DNA of 64,000 nucleotides from Felis catus (Eukaryota). Positions 12,260 to 24,819 of this stretch are shown one piece after another (position 1 is the stretch's first letter; every line of letters starts with the position of its first letter). The position numbers and the translations under genes are program-made. Location of the stretch: positions 110,858,001 through 110,922,000 of the forward strand of contig NC_058373.1 of NCBI RefSeq assembly GCF_018350175.1. Direction: 5' to 3'. The notes under the pieces are model-generated. The model worked only from the letters and a program-made list of their open reading frames with translations, ran no database searches and was not told where the DNA came from.

Positions 12260-12418
12260 CTGAGCCACGAGGCGCTGGTTTTCATTGAGCCACGTCTCTC
12301 TCATGGCGGCCTTTCTGTCAAAGCGTCGGGCCAGCTGCTCCAGCTTCTCCTGCCGAATGAGCTCCTCCCTCAGGGCCAGCTCCCGCCGATACTCAGCTTC
12401 CTCCAGGCTTTCCCAGGC
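12260..12418 (-). CDS. SPTB: SPTB coding exon 10 (159 nt)
   Basis: [53 protein letters not shown]. Confidence 0.96.
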
Positions 12419-13041
12419 CTGTGTGAGGGACACAGGAGAACTCTTGGGGCATAGGGGAACACCTAGGTTTGAGGGTTCTGTCTCTTTCACCCGACACGGA
12501 GTGATTGCAGGAATCTAAGCAGAGCCTAGATTAAAGTTCAGTCCATCTTTTGGCTACCAAAGACTTGGGGAGCACTGGTCCTGACCTCGCAGTTCCTTCC
12601 TCCACTAAACCTGCCTTAGACTCTTGGCCTAACATAATGTTACTCGCCTCTGTGGGTGCTCAGTAAATTCTCACTGACTAAATGGCTACTTTCATTCTGT
12701 TAGGATGTCCAAGTGATGCTAAGCCTCCAAACCTCTGAAGTACCAGAAAGCATTTCCCTTCTAATTAGTTCATATTCATCCCATAGTCAGAGTAACTAAG
12801 CTATAAAACTGGCTCCAAGAATGGACTCTGGGCATCTGAACAGGGGGCTGAATTAATGGACAGTGAGTGGAGTCGGACCTCTCAGAACGAGGTTCAGAGA
12901 GCATTCCCAAACAGCCAGCATGTGCAGTTAATAACACTACAGAAGGTGGCTTGGTTTAATCCTGCCCAGTAACCATTCCCTGTGCCCTTATCAGAAACTC
13001 AGTCAACCCACTGGCAATGTGTAACGAAAACACCGCCATAC

Positions 13042-13159
13042 CCGGTTGATGTCAGACACTAGTTTCCCATCGTGAGGTGTATACACTTTCTGATTGTTGG
13101 CTCTCATCCGGGACTGGATGGTAAACAGTAGGACTTCCAAATTACCCTTCTCCTGAAAC
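13042..13159 (-). CDS. SPTB: SPTB coding exon 9 (118 nt)
   Basis: [39 protein letters not shown]; translated by hand; AG/GT flanks. Confidence 0.96.
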
Positions 13160-14817
13160 CTGTTGAGAAAACAGAGGTAGGGAAATTAGTGTCGAGGTCC
13201 CCATATTTTTTGCTGAAGTCAAAATGGAACACTGGCATCTTGGAGCTGGGATAGCAAAGCATGTTTTCCTTAAAAACAAAAAGTAAAGAGGATGTGTAGG
13301 TTTACTTACCTGTTAAGAAATCTATCATACTCACCAACCGTGATCTGCTTGGGGTTGAGTCTTTATAACACAAACCAGAAAAAACACAACAGCCACCACA
13401 GTGTTTGCTTATCATTTGCTTCTACAGGGGAATGGCTAACTGGAGTATTCCAATAATTCCTGCAGATACCAAGCTTTACCAATTGACACAAAAAAACTCT
13501 TCCCTGTTCTGAAATGATGAAGGCTTCTGACTAGCTCTTTAGTCAGCTTTTTACTGAGTGAGCCAAATAAACCTTAGAAGCCTCATTATCCATGTAAGAA
13601 CATATTGTACTGAGAGCAACTTTCACTTGAGTACTAATGAACCAGCCCTCTGGACAAGTCCTAAAGGCCAGATGCATCTGAGTGGGGAGGAAAGACTGGG
13701 CTCCAGGGTGGTAATAGGTATAGGAGATGAGAACTGACAGCGGGGCGAATGTCTGGAACCGAAGGTCTAAGCTCAAGGTAACTGGGTACTTTTACATTTC
13801 CGTATGTACACAAGTATCTACCTACTTCTGCATCTTCCACGTAGCAGTCGAAGACTGGCTATAAACAAGGTCCCTACCCTGAGGCAAGCCTGACAGAGCT
13901 GACCACTCAGTCACTTCAAGAGGGCTATAGCCCAGAGCACCATCTGCTCAGCCAAGAGACAGCACCCCTGTGGTGCACTGTCTGGTAGATGCACAGGGGA
14001 TGTTATCCGTATTGGATTTAGGACTTTAAAAGTGGGTTAGTGTCAGGCCAGAAACCAGATGCTTGTTTACAGTACATTCTAGACTCCAAGTCTCATCTTT
14101 CTCTGTTTGAGAGTCATGAATGAAGAGTGTGGGAGGTGAGGGGGAGGAACGAGGCAGAGGGCACCACCAGTGAGCTAGAAATGTTTCAGAAGAGCTGGAC
14201 CAGCGAACAGCAGGTGAGATGGAACGTCCCCGTGTCTGTGCGTACCTGCACGCATGTTTTTATGGGTGTGTCTGTATGTGCACATATGGTTCTGTTTGTG
14301 CCTATGTATGCACACATGTGCACAGGCCCTGCACACACTGGGGTGAAGCAGGGGTCTCAAGAGGCAGGCTAAATGCTGTGTTGATGAGCAGTGACAGATG
14401 AGAAACAGGATGTACCTGACGACCAACAGGACCCCACACAGAGAGCTCTGGGGCTGAGAATATAGAGGTCATTAGCAGATAGCAAAAGCATGGCTCAGTG
14501 CACAGAGGAGAGGAACATTCCAGCACAGGTTCTTTGAAGAGACTCAGAAGTCTGAGATTTCACTCCTGCTCCCCTTCAGGGATCTGGGAAAGTACTTTCT
14601 TTGGCTATGAGTTAAGGGTTACTCATCAGTGCCCATTTCCTACAGGCTGATGGCTTGGGAGCAGGGAGGCAGGGTGGGGATGAAGTAGATGACAGATGTG
14701 AAGCTCTCTAGTTTCTAGGATATACCTCCTGGATACACTTCTCAAGGCTCAGAGACTGGCTCTACCTTGGCAGTTTCTTAGCACTGATGCCCACCCTCCA
14801 AGTGCCAAGGCCCTTAC

Positions 14818-15005
14818 TTGGGTGGCTTCTCCACGGTGCGGTAGGTGCTGAAGGCCTGGAGTTGTTGCTGGACGCCTGTCAGGGAGTTGGCAAACTTGCG
14901 GCTGTTCAGGACAGTGATGGTCTGCTCAATCCAGGTGAGCAGGTCAGAGGCCAGCCCACTGTACTTTTCAATCATCTTCTCAGTCTCAATGGCATGGTCA
15001 ATTAC
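14818..15005 (-). CDS. SPTB: SPTB coding exon 8 (188 nt), spectrin repeat 1
   Basis: [62 protein letters not shown](K); translated by hand, absent from the ORF track. Confidence 0.96.
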
Positions 15006-15819
15006 CTAGGGAACCACTTTATTACTTATCCTTATCAGAAGGACAATGACATCAATGAGGCCACCAATGGGGACCACAGTGAAGGTGGTCCTCCTCTCCA
15101 AAACTGGAATGTTCCACGTTGGGTTTGTTCCCTGAGCCCAACAGCACTGCTAAGGCAGGAGGAATGGACTGAAAGTAGACTGGAAACATTAGTAGGAAGC
15201 TAGCTGTGCTAGGGCTCAGGGGCAGCTCTGCCCTACCCCTGACCCTGTAAAACACTAGTAAAGCCTGCTGTGCCAGGACAGCAGCTACCAGAAAGACCAA
15301 GGTCTCGTTTATTTTAAAATGCATTATTAGGAGTCCAGGGTTTCTAGAGGCACTGTCTTCGCTAAATGCCAGACACACAAGAAGAATGAGAAATGGTCTC
15401 TGCCCTTGGGGAGCTGTGGACCAGCAGGGGAAAGGAGTCTGGCATGAGGGTCCATACAGTGTGATGGGATCCTGATACACCACAGGAGCTAAGAGGCCCA
15501 GAACCACAATAAACTAATAAATAAAAGCCCATCGTGTTCCTGTGGAAATGTTCATGAGATCTGGGGGTGCCGGTGGAAGATGGGCTCAGAGCTGCAGGCT
15601 AGGACATCTTTCAGGACAGACCATCAAATTGCTTTGGAATTCAGCTTGGGAGCCATTAACTTGGCAATGTTTGGCTTCAGAGGAAGTTGGTGGGGAGTGA
15701 TCTATAACCCCCCCACTGCAGCCAGGGCCTATACACAAAGCTCTTAGAGTAGAAAAGAAGCATCTCGGTGTGACAAACAGGGAAACGGGGGACACTCTGG
15801 TTATGAAACGGCTTTGTAC

Positions 15820-15932
15820 CTTGCCGACACGCTTGCCCTCCACTGCCAGCACCTTCATCTTGGAGAAATAGTGGTAAAATGCCACCACATAGGTAATAAT
15901 GGACTTTTCATCAGGGTTTTCTGTGAAGACAT
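15820..15932 (-). CDS. SPTB: SPTB coding exon 7 (113 nt), end of CH2
   Basis: (D)[37 protein letters not shown]; donor AAG|GTACAA. Confidence 0.96.
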
Positions 15933-16382
15933 CTGCAAGAGGAAAGGGTGTGCTCTCAGAACCCAAATGGATGCTGGAAATGTCAGGCTCAGAGGGCTTA
16001 TCTCCCTGTTCCTATAGCATAAAATTCAACTACAGGACCCAAGTGACAAACAGAGGGGTGAGAATGAAAGAATAAGTGTTTGCAATTTTAGCGAGAGGAT
16101 CAAATCCATATTAGGACCACAAATGATGAAAGAAGTAAAAAGAAGGATCCAAAGACTACAAGTGGGCCCCCAGTTGGGCCAGGCAAATGTGGGGAACCAC
16201 CTTGGATCTGAAGAGCAGGCCCGGAGCAGAGCCCTGGCCCAGCCACTGTCCCCTCGCTGTGTCCATGCCTGGCCCAGCACCAGGCCTAGACTCCTCCAGG
16301 TGCCCTGCCAGTTTGGGGCTCCCTCCAGCCTGAGAACTGGCTCCCATCACTGCAGCGGAGGACTGGAGCAGGTGTAGCTCAC

Positions 16383-16498
16383 CTTCAGGGTCGAGGAGCG
16401 GGATGATGCCCAGCTGACGCTCAGCCACATCAAACGCATGCTCAAGGTTGTGTCGTGCATTGGAGTCCTTCAGCTTATCAAAGTCGATCAGGTCAGGC
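16383..16498 (-). CDS. SPTB: SPTB coding exon 6 (116 nt), CH2
   Basis: [38 protein letters not shown]; donor GTGAGC. Confidence 0.96.
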
Positions 16499-16818
16499 CT
16501 GGGGACAAGGCCAGGCTGTTAAAAGGGGAGTGGCCATGGCATCCCCCACCAAGAGAGCTGCCCCAGCACAAAGCAAGGATGCTGGGCAGAAGTCAAAGGA
16601 GACAGGAGCAGGAGGGGGCCAGCTGTGAACACTAGTACAAGGGGAGGGGGCAGTGGGCATGACTGAATTTCAGGGAGGCAGGGATGCTGAGGGTGAGAGA
16701 AGGCCTAGTGGAGAGAACATTCCAGGGAAGCTTGAACAGGAACCTACACGTTGAGTAAAATGTATCCAAACAGCCCAGGTGTTCAGTGTCATTTCCACAG
16801 CCCTCTCCTCACCCTTAC

Positions 16819-16899
16819 CGATGTTTGTGTATCAGAGCGTTAAAGGCCAGGCCATCCTTCCAGCTGGAGGTGAAGTTGGTTACATTGACCTGGGGGTAG
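16819..16899 (-). CDS. SPTB: SPTB coding exon 5 (81 nt), CH2
   Basis: [26 protein letters not shown](R); donor GTAAGG. Confidence 0.96.
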
Positions 16900-17305
16900 C
16901 TGCATCCAAAAGAAACAATAAGACCTAAGAAATTGATTCTTTGGGGGGGTCTCAAAAAGTGTCTACACCGAGAAACTAATACACAAGACAGAAATGTATC
17001 CATCCCTTCTTGAGCCCCTTCAACAACAGACAGCAGTTAAGTCACAAGAAGAGGCTCCTCCGTAAGGGGGGCCCAAGAGACTCACACACCCAACAGACCC
17101 CAGACAGAGTGCAGCCCAGGCAACTCTGGAAAGGAATGCTGAATTTCAAGCCTCTAAGAGTCAGGTCAGGATAAATTTTGCGTCAGTTACCCCAATGCTG
17201 CTACAGTTCTGGGTGATGATATGGGTGTTCCCTGGGTATGGCAGTACTTGGGGGAAGTAAGGGCGTGGTGGGGAATGTAGTAATGAACTGATTCCCAGGG
17301 CATAC

Positions 17306-17397
17306 CCTGCTGTCTTCATCTGACACCATAATAGCAATGCATCCTTGGCCGAGCGTGTCTCACGACCTTCCATTGTTTGGACAACAATGTCCTGAAT
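17306..17397 (-). CDS. SPTB: SPTB coding exon 4 (92 nt), CH1-CH2 linker and CH2 start
   Basis: [30 protein letters not shown](G); AG/GT flanks. Confidence 0.96.
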
Positions 17398-18387
17398 CTA
17401 GGGGTGCAGGAACAAGAGAGGGAGGAATTAGATTTGCATCTGGCTCTGTGCCTTCCTTCTCTCCCTCCCTCTTTCTTCCTTCTTAGCCACCCATCTGCAT
17501 TGTCAGCCCTGCAGCAACACCACAGCTTAAGGCCCTGCATCCCAGTGGCCCATTTCTCTGCCTTAGTCAGCTGCACAGGACGGGGATGGCTTCCTCATGT
17601 TGGAGGAGACAGCTCTAACCTGATGACTAATGGGGTACTGAGAATAAACAAGATACCCCAAATCCTCCTCTGAGTAACAGTGCCCTACAAGGAACAACAT
17701 GAATATTGAAAGGGACTGTATGTTTGATTAGTAGCTCCTCTTACCTTTCATTCTCCCCAATTCTGCCATTATTACTGCTTAACTATAAGCACCGACAGAG
17801 AGTGAAGTGGGATATCCAAGACCCCTTGGATGAGCTCTTCAGTCTGGGAATTGTGTGCTGTCTTCTTCCTCCCTGCCTTCCCTGCCTCAGGACTAGATTC
17901 TTTCTGTCCCCAAGCCAGCATGTGGAAGGCCCTGCTTTCCTTCCCTTGCACTTTCTCAACTTCCTTACAGATAATGAACCTTGAATTTCAGGGTGGGAAG
18001 AGAAAAGTTTCTGATTGAAAAACATAAAATAGATCTTCTGTATTGTTTTTGCAACTTGTGAATCAAACTATTTAAGAAAAACCAAAAAGTTACACATGTG
18101 GGGGGAAGGGGACAAAAGCAGATCTTGTGGTCAGATCTCTGCCCAGCTACTAGTTTCCATCTTCTCCCTCAAAAGACTACACTGTTGACTGAACAGCTCA
18201 CCTTGAGCTTCAGTGACCAGGCAATGTAGAGGACGGTCCCTTCTTCCTATAAACGTTGTCCCACAAGACAGGTTTCTAGCCTCCCAGAATGTGCATACTC
18301 GTACTTCATTCACCATTTTATAAGATTCCTAAGCCCTATCTGGCCCCTTAAGGCTCCCTCCACTCCCTCTGCCCCCTTGGCACCCAC

Positions 18388-18561
18388 CTGGAAGCGAAGG
18401 ATGATGGTCCAGATGAGGCCCAGGACCAGGCGGTGGTTGCCATCCACGATGTCATGGGAGCCCATGTTTTCCAGGTGCACACGCTGCTCCTTGAGGAACT
18501 GCAGGGCTTTGTCCACATTCTCCAGGCAGTGGATGCGCATCTTCCCCTTTGTGGGCTTTGG
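18388..18561 (-). CDS. SPTB: SPTB coding exon 3 (174 nt), CH1
   Basis: [62 protein letters not shown] flanks. Confidence 0.97.
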
Positions 18562-19797
18562 CTGAAGGACAGCATTGGCCCCATGGGCACAGAGGGACCT
18601 CACGGTCACCCCCAGAGGTGGTTGCAGCCTAGACCAGTTCCTGCCATCAGCATCCACCCTCCACCCTCCTGGCCAAACTCCAACCCTCATGCTCACTGCT
18701 TGCCATTTTTCAACCCCATCCTTTCAGCAAAGTTCAGAAGCTCCCCTTTCCTTGAGCATCCAGAGCTCTGCAATTTGGCTGTGTCGGTACAGTTCCAGGG
18801 TCTGAACAAAGCCTTCTGAGTATGTAATAAATGACATTCAAGAGCAGTAACACAACAGATAGTTAATTGAGCACTTACTATGTGCCAGGCACATTTCTAA
18901 GAACTATTTACTGTTGGTTGGTGATAAGAGTGGCTTTCTGTTTGGTGATTGATATAACAGGGTCTATTCCAGCATCCAGCCTCCTCCTCCATCCCTGAAT
19001 GGCCCCAGCCAAAACTTAAGGGGACCACCCCTGAGGAGTAGCCACATCATGTGAAGGGTTCCCAGTGGTAACTCTTTCTAGTGGGCTTTCAATACAGTGT
19101 AAAAGGCAGCAGCCTGGAGTTGAAAAGGCAACAGAAGAATGTGGTACCTTTTCATTCAAACCCCAAGGATCTTAGTGCTTCATCAGGCACAGGTATCATT
19201 TTATCCATGGGGGAAACAAGGCAAAGAAGATCCTGACTAATAGGCCCAAGGTCATAATGGAAGTCACTGAACAAAACACAAACCTTCATCTGGTTCTCCC
19301 TCAGAGACAACATTACTGCCAGGTGGGTTACAACTGAGAGGACATGTAATAAATTTCCACTTGTAAGAGTGACAGAACACACAGGAAAATATCTTCCATG
19401 CTTTCCTCTGGGTTCCAAGAAGGATGCAAATTTCTCCAACTGGGTAATAACCCATCTTAGCCTGCATGAGGCAACAGATGGTAGGTCCACTGCAGGCCAG
19501 CGACAGATGCCCAGGCCCCACGTGGACAAAGTCAAGAGCTCTGCATGGCTTCTGGGAGAAGCATGAAGAGGTAGGAGTGGCCATTAGGCAATGAATTCTG
19601 AGTAGAGGTCAGAGAACTCAGGAAGCCACATGGACATCTCATATCAGTAAGCAATGAAACCTCCCAAAAGAATAAGGAGAAACCTTGGAAGGCCATGAGA
19701 ATTGGAGATACCCACAGACCATGTCTTTCCTGAAGAGGGGACATGGCACAACCACACGGTGCAGGGAAAGAGGCCACGACACAGAAAGGGGCTTTAC

Positions 19798-19949
19798 CAG
19801 CATCTCTCCAGACAGCACCTCCAGGAGCTTGATGAGCATCCGTCCATCCCGCAGATCCTTGTAGAGGTCAGTGATGCGACAGGGCACACGAGCCAGGTTT
19901 GAGTTCACCCATTTTGTGAAGGTCTTCTTCTGAACCACTTCCCGCTCAT
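19798..19949 (-). CDS. SPTB: SPTB coding exon 2 (152 nt), start of CH1
   Basis: (D)[54 protein letters not shown] flanks; phase 1 to 0. Confidence 0.97.
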
Positions 19950-21941
19950 CTGAGTGGGGAGAAGAGCCTTGGGTGAGGTGCCCGGGGTGACAGTGTCAGT
20001 GTGCAATGTGACATAGGGCTGAGGGGATTTCTTAATCCCAGGGTCCCCTGATCCCTGGTAGAGGAGGCTGAGGTACCTATTTCATCCCTTTCCTAGGAAC
20101 ATTGGCGGTCAGAGTGTAGCCTTTGGGCAACATGGGTCCATGGACTGGGGCAATGAAGAGATTACTTCTACTACCACATTCTATGCCCAGTGGCTAGGCA
20201 TGCCTAATTCAGCCACCTGTTTTCCTGTGCCTGGCAGAATGCTCTGTCCCTTTGTACCAGTAAACTCAGATTTCAACGCCAGGTTCACCCGTCTACCCAT
20301 CCAACGAACATTCCCTGCCTAGAATGGTCTCTCTGGCCCTTCCACTCCACCCCACCCCCTCCACCTAACTCCTATTTGTCCAGAAAGCTTTTGCCAACCC
20401 CTTGCCGGGCTTAGGCCTCCCCTTGTGTGCCCCACCCCCTGCGTATACATTTCTCATTTAGGTCTTGCTTCACATTCATAGGAGTTGAAAGCCTGTCTCT
20501 CCTGCAAGCAAAGTCTGTCTATCTGGTTCACTTCTATATCCCGAAGGCCTAGCGCCCGCTACATGGTAGGTATTCCAGAGCTGTACTGTATTGAGTGCAC
20601 ATTTACTCAGCTCCTGTTGGTGGAGGCTCATGCTAGGCCTGATAATACATAAAAGCAAACCAACTGCCTGCCCTGAAGAAGCTCCTGGTAGGCAGAGAAG
20701 AATGGTGAACAAGGCAAGTTGGAATGTATGATCCGCACAAGTTTAGGCATACAGGAGGTTTGGGTTGGGGGCCGTCCATTGCATTATGCTGCCTCTCTCA
20801 CCCCCAGCATACCAGGCAGAGGTTCTCCCTCTTCAGACCTGAGAAGCTGACAGACATCCCTACTCGAAATCAGCATCAGCCCTAACCAGGCTTCTCGCCG
20901 CACCAGTTCAGGAGAGGTACCTCTTGGCACCTCTGTAAACCAGATTCTGGTAACCTGCACAGTTATGGCTGGGGGCCTTGAACAAGATGCTGGAGAGAGA
21001 GAAGCTGGGATAGCACAAAGAATGGGGGAGGAGCGGAAGACAGAAGAGTGGAAGAAAAGAGAAAGGGGGAGAAGAGGGAAGGAGGGTGTACCCTTGTTGT
21101 TGTCCCTAGTGAACAGTTTGTGACCACAGGCTTCGGGCGTTTCGGTGCAGGAGCTGGCTGGCCTGACAGTTGCAGAGGAAGCCTGGGGAGGGTGCGTGGG
21201 GGTTGGGCACAGCCAAGGCAACTCAGAGCAGCCTAGCCAGGAGAGATGTCAGCCCCTGGGGGCAGGCTCAATGTCCGCTCTGCTGAGCCCAAACCGTGGA
21301 AAGGTTGGCCTTTTAAATTATTAAATACCTGATTTAACAACAACAAAAAGAGAAGCCCCGCCAGCACGGCCTCAAGGGTATAATTTTGGCGGTTCTGGAG
21401 GCTCACAGCATCGAATTCCTTCCTATTGCACTGCTATTTTAGTGTGAGGAACTCAGACACATCATTCACTTATTCATTCATCCAGCCAATGTTTACTGCA
21501 CAACCACTAGGTGCCAGGCTCTGGGGGAGATGGGGAATCAAGGACAGGAAAGACAGCCCCTTCCTTGAAGCAGACATACTCTGCTATAAATAAGATGGGC
21601 TCTGGAGTTCTATATGAAGAATTCAATGGCAGCCATCTAAATAAGACTTCCATGAAGAAGAAAAATACTACTACTGATTCTATGAGTCTCAGATAAAAAA
21701 TTAAAATGGCATCCATTCATACCAGGCCACTGGGCAAAGTTTCAGGTGAAAAAACCCTCCTTACTCTTTTGCTGGCAAGTTAAACCACTTTCCTGATTTC
21801 AAGGACTGTTCAGTAAAATGTAACTAAAGTTTCAAAGATATATTGGACAAGAAGCAATTGCATTTATTCTGGGGCATGTTTGGGCTCAATAGAACCCGCC
21901 ATGACCCTGTGATGCCTTCCCTAGAAACCAGAACTGTTCTG

Positions 21942-22158
21942 TTTTTAACTTTTTAATGTTTCTTCACTTTTGAGAGACAGAAAGAGAGAAAGCACGAGCA
22001 AGGGAGGGGCAGAGAGAGGAGGAGACATAGAATCCGAAACAGGCTCCAGGCTCTGAACTATCAGCAGAGCCCGATACAGGGCTTGGACCCACGAACCCAT
22101 GAGATCACGACCTGAGCCGAAGTCAGATGCTTAACCAACTAAGCCACCCAGGTGCCCC
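21942..22158 (-). mobile_element. Can-SINE
   Basis: Reverse head ending GCCACCCAGGTGCCCC; degenerate TSD starting AAACCAG. Confidence 0.88.
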
Positions 22159-23374
22159 TAAACCAGCTCTTCTAACTGATGGAGCTTTGAGCAAGGGCTA
22201 AAATTTTTAGCCCCCTTAGAGAGAAGTGTGTCAAAAAACTTAAGTCCTTTCTTCATTTCTCCTTTTCCTGTTTTTAAGAATCCCAAAATTTCATCACATG
22301 GGTAACGAGACCCATTTATTTGTGGTTGGCGAAGAGTGAGGAAGTGCTTTTAGCTGGGGACATGGGATTTAATTCTCGGCTGCTGGGCTGGCACATATAT
22401 ATTGGAACAGATATATCATAAATTACCCTTAGGTCTCCCCAGTTTTCAACACACAAATGAAGCCTCGTAGACCCCAAAATGTTGGAGCCACAGGTTTAGA
22501 GCTCAGGCAGGCAGCTTCTTGGCTGCTTTTTACTTGAAGACTGGGGTGAAATTGCCCAGATTCACCAGCACCCTGAAACACTCTGCAGTGTTGAGACATG
22601 GGAAGGATTCTGAGAGGCTAATGATGATCATAAGGAGAGAAAGCCCAGGAGTGGGGATTAATTTCCATTAGCTGTTTTGCTCTGGCTGCTCCACGTCGGC
22701 ATGCTCAGCAAATTTACTCCCAGCATGCCCCAGGCGCCCATCAGGAGCCTTCCAAGTACAGGAGAGGCGGGTGGCCCAGGGCCAGCTGGGCTGGGAACCC
22801 CGGTGGTGTGGACAGGCTGGGGCAGTGGCCATGTATTGGGCCTGCTGTCCCCAGGGGGCCTGGGCCATCTTGCATGGACCCTCTGTGGAAAGGAGTCCTC
22901 AGCAAGGGCTGGCTAGGGGCCAGACCTCATTTCCAGATCCCTAACCCTTCCAGTGCAGGAAAGGGAACAAGTCTACCAGCATGGTCTGACTCAATGCCAC
23001 CAGAGCCTCAGAAAACCCTTGTGCCTTTGCTGCCCTCAAGGGTAGGGCCCTCCATTCCTGTCTGTTCTTCCTCTCCCTTTCCCTCCCAGGATGGGACCAT
23101 CTTCAGTCCTTCTTACATGTCAGGGCTTCTCCTAGAAAACTCACCTTCTCTGACCAGCTGGCTAGAACAAGTGTCTGGATACTGTGACTGGGTGATCTTT
23201 CATTTACATTCCTTTTCCAAGGTTTGGTTTGAGGTCAAACAGACCCACAAAACACGGACTCAAATATTTGTCCACTAATAAGTGAGTTTATAGTACCTGG
23301 CACACAGAAAGCTAGCCTAAATGTTACCATCACTCTTACCGTCACTACTACTACTATTTTTTTAGTTAAAAAAG

Positions 23375-23577
23375 TTTTTTAATCTTTATTTATAAGAGAG
23401 AGAGAAAGAGACAGAGAGCCAGTGGGGGAGGAACAGAGAGGGAGACACAGAATCCGAAGCAGACTCCAGGCTCCAAGCTGTCAGCACAAAGCCCAGCGTG
23501 GAGCTTGAACTCACAAACTGTGAGATCATGACCTGAGCCAAGTTGGACGCTTAACTGACTGAGCCACCCAGGCACCT
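23375..23577 (-). mobile_element. Can-SINE
   Basis: Reverse head and GAGA tract. Confidence 0.88.
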
Positions 23578-23865
23578 AAGGACAGTTCATTTTAAAATGA
23601 ACATATAAAAGCTGCCACAAGGTGACACTGGATTAGTTACCAGATAAATGGCACATACAGTAAGTGGTCATGGGCCAAAGGGGAGAGAAGTCATTTCTAA
23701 CTGGAGTAGGCAAGGGGGTTTCTCATAAAGAAAACCTCTTTGGACAGGTGGAGGAGGAGGGGAGCCAGGAAGAGAGGAGGAAGAGAGATATTCCCAGAGA
23801 GACATGGAAGGATGGAGCTTGTTCAGGGGCTGCTGAGTAGCTCCAGGTGAGAAGAAAATGTGTGA

Positions 23866-24074
23866 GGGGTGCCTGGGTGGTTCAGTTGGTTAAGTGTCTG
23901 ACTTTGGCTCAGGTCATGAACTCACGGTTCCTGAGTTCGAGCCCTGTGTTGGGCTCTCTGCTGTCAGCACAGAGCCCGCTTTCAGATCCTCTGTCTCCCC
24001 GCTCCCCACCCTCCTGCCTCTCTCCTGCTCATGCTCATCTGCTCTCTCTCTCTCAAAAATAAACATTAAAAAAA
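23866..24074 (+). mobile_element. Can-SINE
   Basis: TSD AGAAGAAAATGTGTG on both sides. Confidence 0.9.
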
Positions 24075-24330
24075 AGAAGAAAATGTGTGGAAAATAGGTT
24101 TTAAAACCGAATATGGAAAGCCTTGAAAGAAAGGCCAAGAAGTTTAGATTTAATCCTAAAAGCAAAAGAAACCACTGAAGGTATAGGAGGTTCATTTCCT
24201 GAATTACTAGTTTGTAAGGCCCTCAATGATAATAATAATAAAAAAAGTGTTTCAGCTTAAAATGAAATGTGAAAATTTACATAAAGAAACACCTTTATAT
24301 ATTTTTAAAGGGATTTACAATATGTGCCCC

Positions 24331-24541
24331 ATTTAAAAAAATGCTTATTTATTTTTGCGAGCGAGCGAGCAAGAGAATACGAACAAGCAGAGGAGGGGCA
24401 AAGAGAGAGGGAGACAGAGGATCCAAAGCAGGCTTCTTGCTGTCAGCACAGAGCCCAACGCGGGGCTCAAACTCACGGACCGCGAGATCGTGACCTGAGC
24501 CAAAGTCAGACATTTAACCGACTGAGCCACCCAGGTGCCCC
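24331..24541 (-). mobile_element. Can-SINE
   Basis: Reverse head ending GCCACCCAGGTGCCCC. Confidence 0.88.
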
Positions 24542-24569
24542 AAGAACACCTTTTTAAACGTCTCCTGAG

Positions 24570-24807
24570 GGGGCGCCTGGGTGGCTCAGTCGGTTAAGCG
24601 TCTGACTTCAGCTCACGTCACGATCTCGCGGTCCGTGAGTTTGAGCCCCGCGTCGGGCTCTGGGCCGATGGCTCAGAGCCTGGAGCCTGCTTCTGATTCT
24701 GTGTCTCCCTCTCTCTCTGCCCCTCCCCTGTTCATGCTCTGTCTCTCTCTGTCTCAAAAATAAATAAAACGTTAAAAGAAAAATTTTTTAAAAATTAAAA
24801 AAAAAAA
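24570..24807 (+). mobile_element. SINEC_Fc-type Can-SINE, CpG-rich
   Basis: GGGGCGCCTGGGTGGCTCAGTCGG head; TSD containing GTCTCCTGAGG. Confidence 0.92.
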
Positions 24808-24819
24808 GTCTCCTGAGGT

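Noticed and set aside
13335..13421. 87-nt cryptic exon (TAG acceptor at 13422 to the 13335 donor) as a coding cassette
   Set aside because: In-frame TGA in its third full codon; it could only act as a poison exon
24570..24660. tRNA-like sequence with A and B boxes (also at the other SINE heads)
   Set aside because: Heads of tRNA-derived SINEs, followed by a CT tract, A tail and TSD; not tRNA genes
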